From: Eledone cirrhosa
Taxonomy: Eukaryota
Assembly: GCA_964016885.1 (NCBI GenBank)
Contig: OZ024741.1
Location: 305,536,001-305,600,000, forward strand
Direction: 5' to 3'
Length of the DNA stretch: 64,000 nucleotides
This document shows, piece by piece, positions 62,945-64,000 of the stretch (position 1 is its first letter; every line of letters begins with the position of its first letter). The position numbers and the translations under genes are program-made. The notes under the pieces are model-generated. The model searched no databases. It was not told the DNA's origin and saw only the letters and a list, made by a program, of their open reading frames with translations.

Positions 62945-64000
62945 CAATAAAAAAATAAAAATGAAAATTTCCCCAATAGGGGGGAAATCTCCGAGGGTTA
63001 CTCGTGGCGAAAACCACACAAAAGACCACGGCCACCCTGACCACCAGGGCAAGCCCCTCTCTCAATTTTTCCCATTCCTCAAACTACAAGCGTATATTCA
63101 GAGCGGTTCCGTTCACTCGGATCATTCTCGCTTCATTCACCCACCTTTCAACAAACTTGCTAGAAGACAGCACTTGCCTCTCCACCCTGATTTTCCTCTT
63201 CAAGTGAAACTTGAAAAAGTTAATCAGGGATTCGCCGAAGAGGAAAGTGTCTGTCTTTAACCCTTTCAACCTTGTCCACCACACAACCTCTTTCGCCATG
63301 GCCACCAGGCAGATGAAAATAATAATAATAATAATAATAATGCTTTCTTTATTAACCACAAGGGTCTACATAAAGTAGACATTAAGGACAGTACAGGACA
63401 ATACAGGGCGGTACAAATGCGCATTTCTGCGTGTAAAAAACAAGAAACAGAGGATGTAATAATAGAACAATGAAAAATTCCCCAATAGGGGGGGGGGGAG
63501 ACTTCCGAGGGACATTCGTGGAGAAAGCCCATTAAAAAGCCACAGTGATACTGACCACCAGGGCAAGTGCCCTCTCCCAGTTTTCCACCTTTAATTTACA
63601 GACACATATTCAGAGTAGGCCCATTCACTCGGGCCATTCTTGCTTCTCTCACCCATCTTTCAACAAAATGCTGGGAAGAGAGCACTTCCCTTTCTACCCT
63701 GATTTTCCTTTTTAAATGAAATTTGAAAAAGTTAATTAGGCCATCACCGAAGAGGTAAGTGCTCGTCTTCAGCCCTTTCAAACGTGTCCACCATACTATC
63801 TCTTTCGCCATGGCCACCAGACAGATAAAAACTGCCTGCCCTTCCCGGCTAAAGGAAGAGGGCGGGGCAATCCTCACGATGGACTCAGCTGATAGCTGGA
63901 TCCGTCCTACACGTGACAGCAGGTGTTCGACATAAACCCACAAGTCAGCAATGCTCGGACACTGGACGAGTGCGTGCAGGACGGTTTCGTCACCCTGCGC
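62945..64000 (-). mobile_element. Two tandem L1/Tx1-like LINE 3' ends (62945-63318 and 63340 to window end)
   Basis: ETVLHALVQCPSIADLW knuckle; FICLVAMAKE(I/V)VWWTRLKG...FKFHLKRKIRVER...FVERW in both copies; T-rich 3' ends. Confidence 0.7.

Overview
This is AT-rich, repeat-saturated animal genomic DNA. The (TA)n/(CA)n/(TACA)n microsatellites, tRNA-derived SINEs and RTE, R4/Dong, CRE and Tx1 LINE relics suggest an octopod cephalopod, but that assignment is an inference. No host protein-coding gene can be confidently called; most ORFs in the track come from microsatellites or decayed transposons. One element is nearly intact: a 4.2-kb Gypsy LTR retrotransposon (34624-38846, minus strand) with a 5-bp TSD, a -1 frameshift signal and an atypical PBS that matches the 5' end of tRNA-Phe. 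The most striking pattern is about a dozen short, ORF-less fold-back (long inverted-repeat) elements from at least six unrelated sequence families, mostly inserted in (TA)n tracts. Most carry a complete or degenerate type I hammerhead ribozyme (CUGANGA...GAAA...NUH) and a non-duplicated 3' tail, which fits Penelope-like pLTR or retrozyme-type mini-elements. Also present are non-autonomous Helitrons, TTAA (piggyBac-like) MITEs, a twin-primed RTE insertion, a 61-bp satellite apparently derived from a SINE tail, and an X-box/CCAAT promoter-like island. All coordinates were read by eye, and ends of degenerate elements are approximate.
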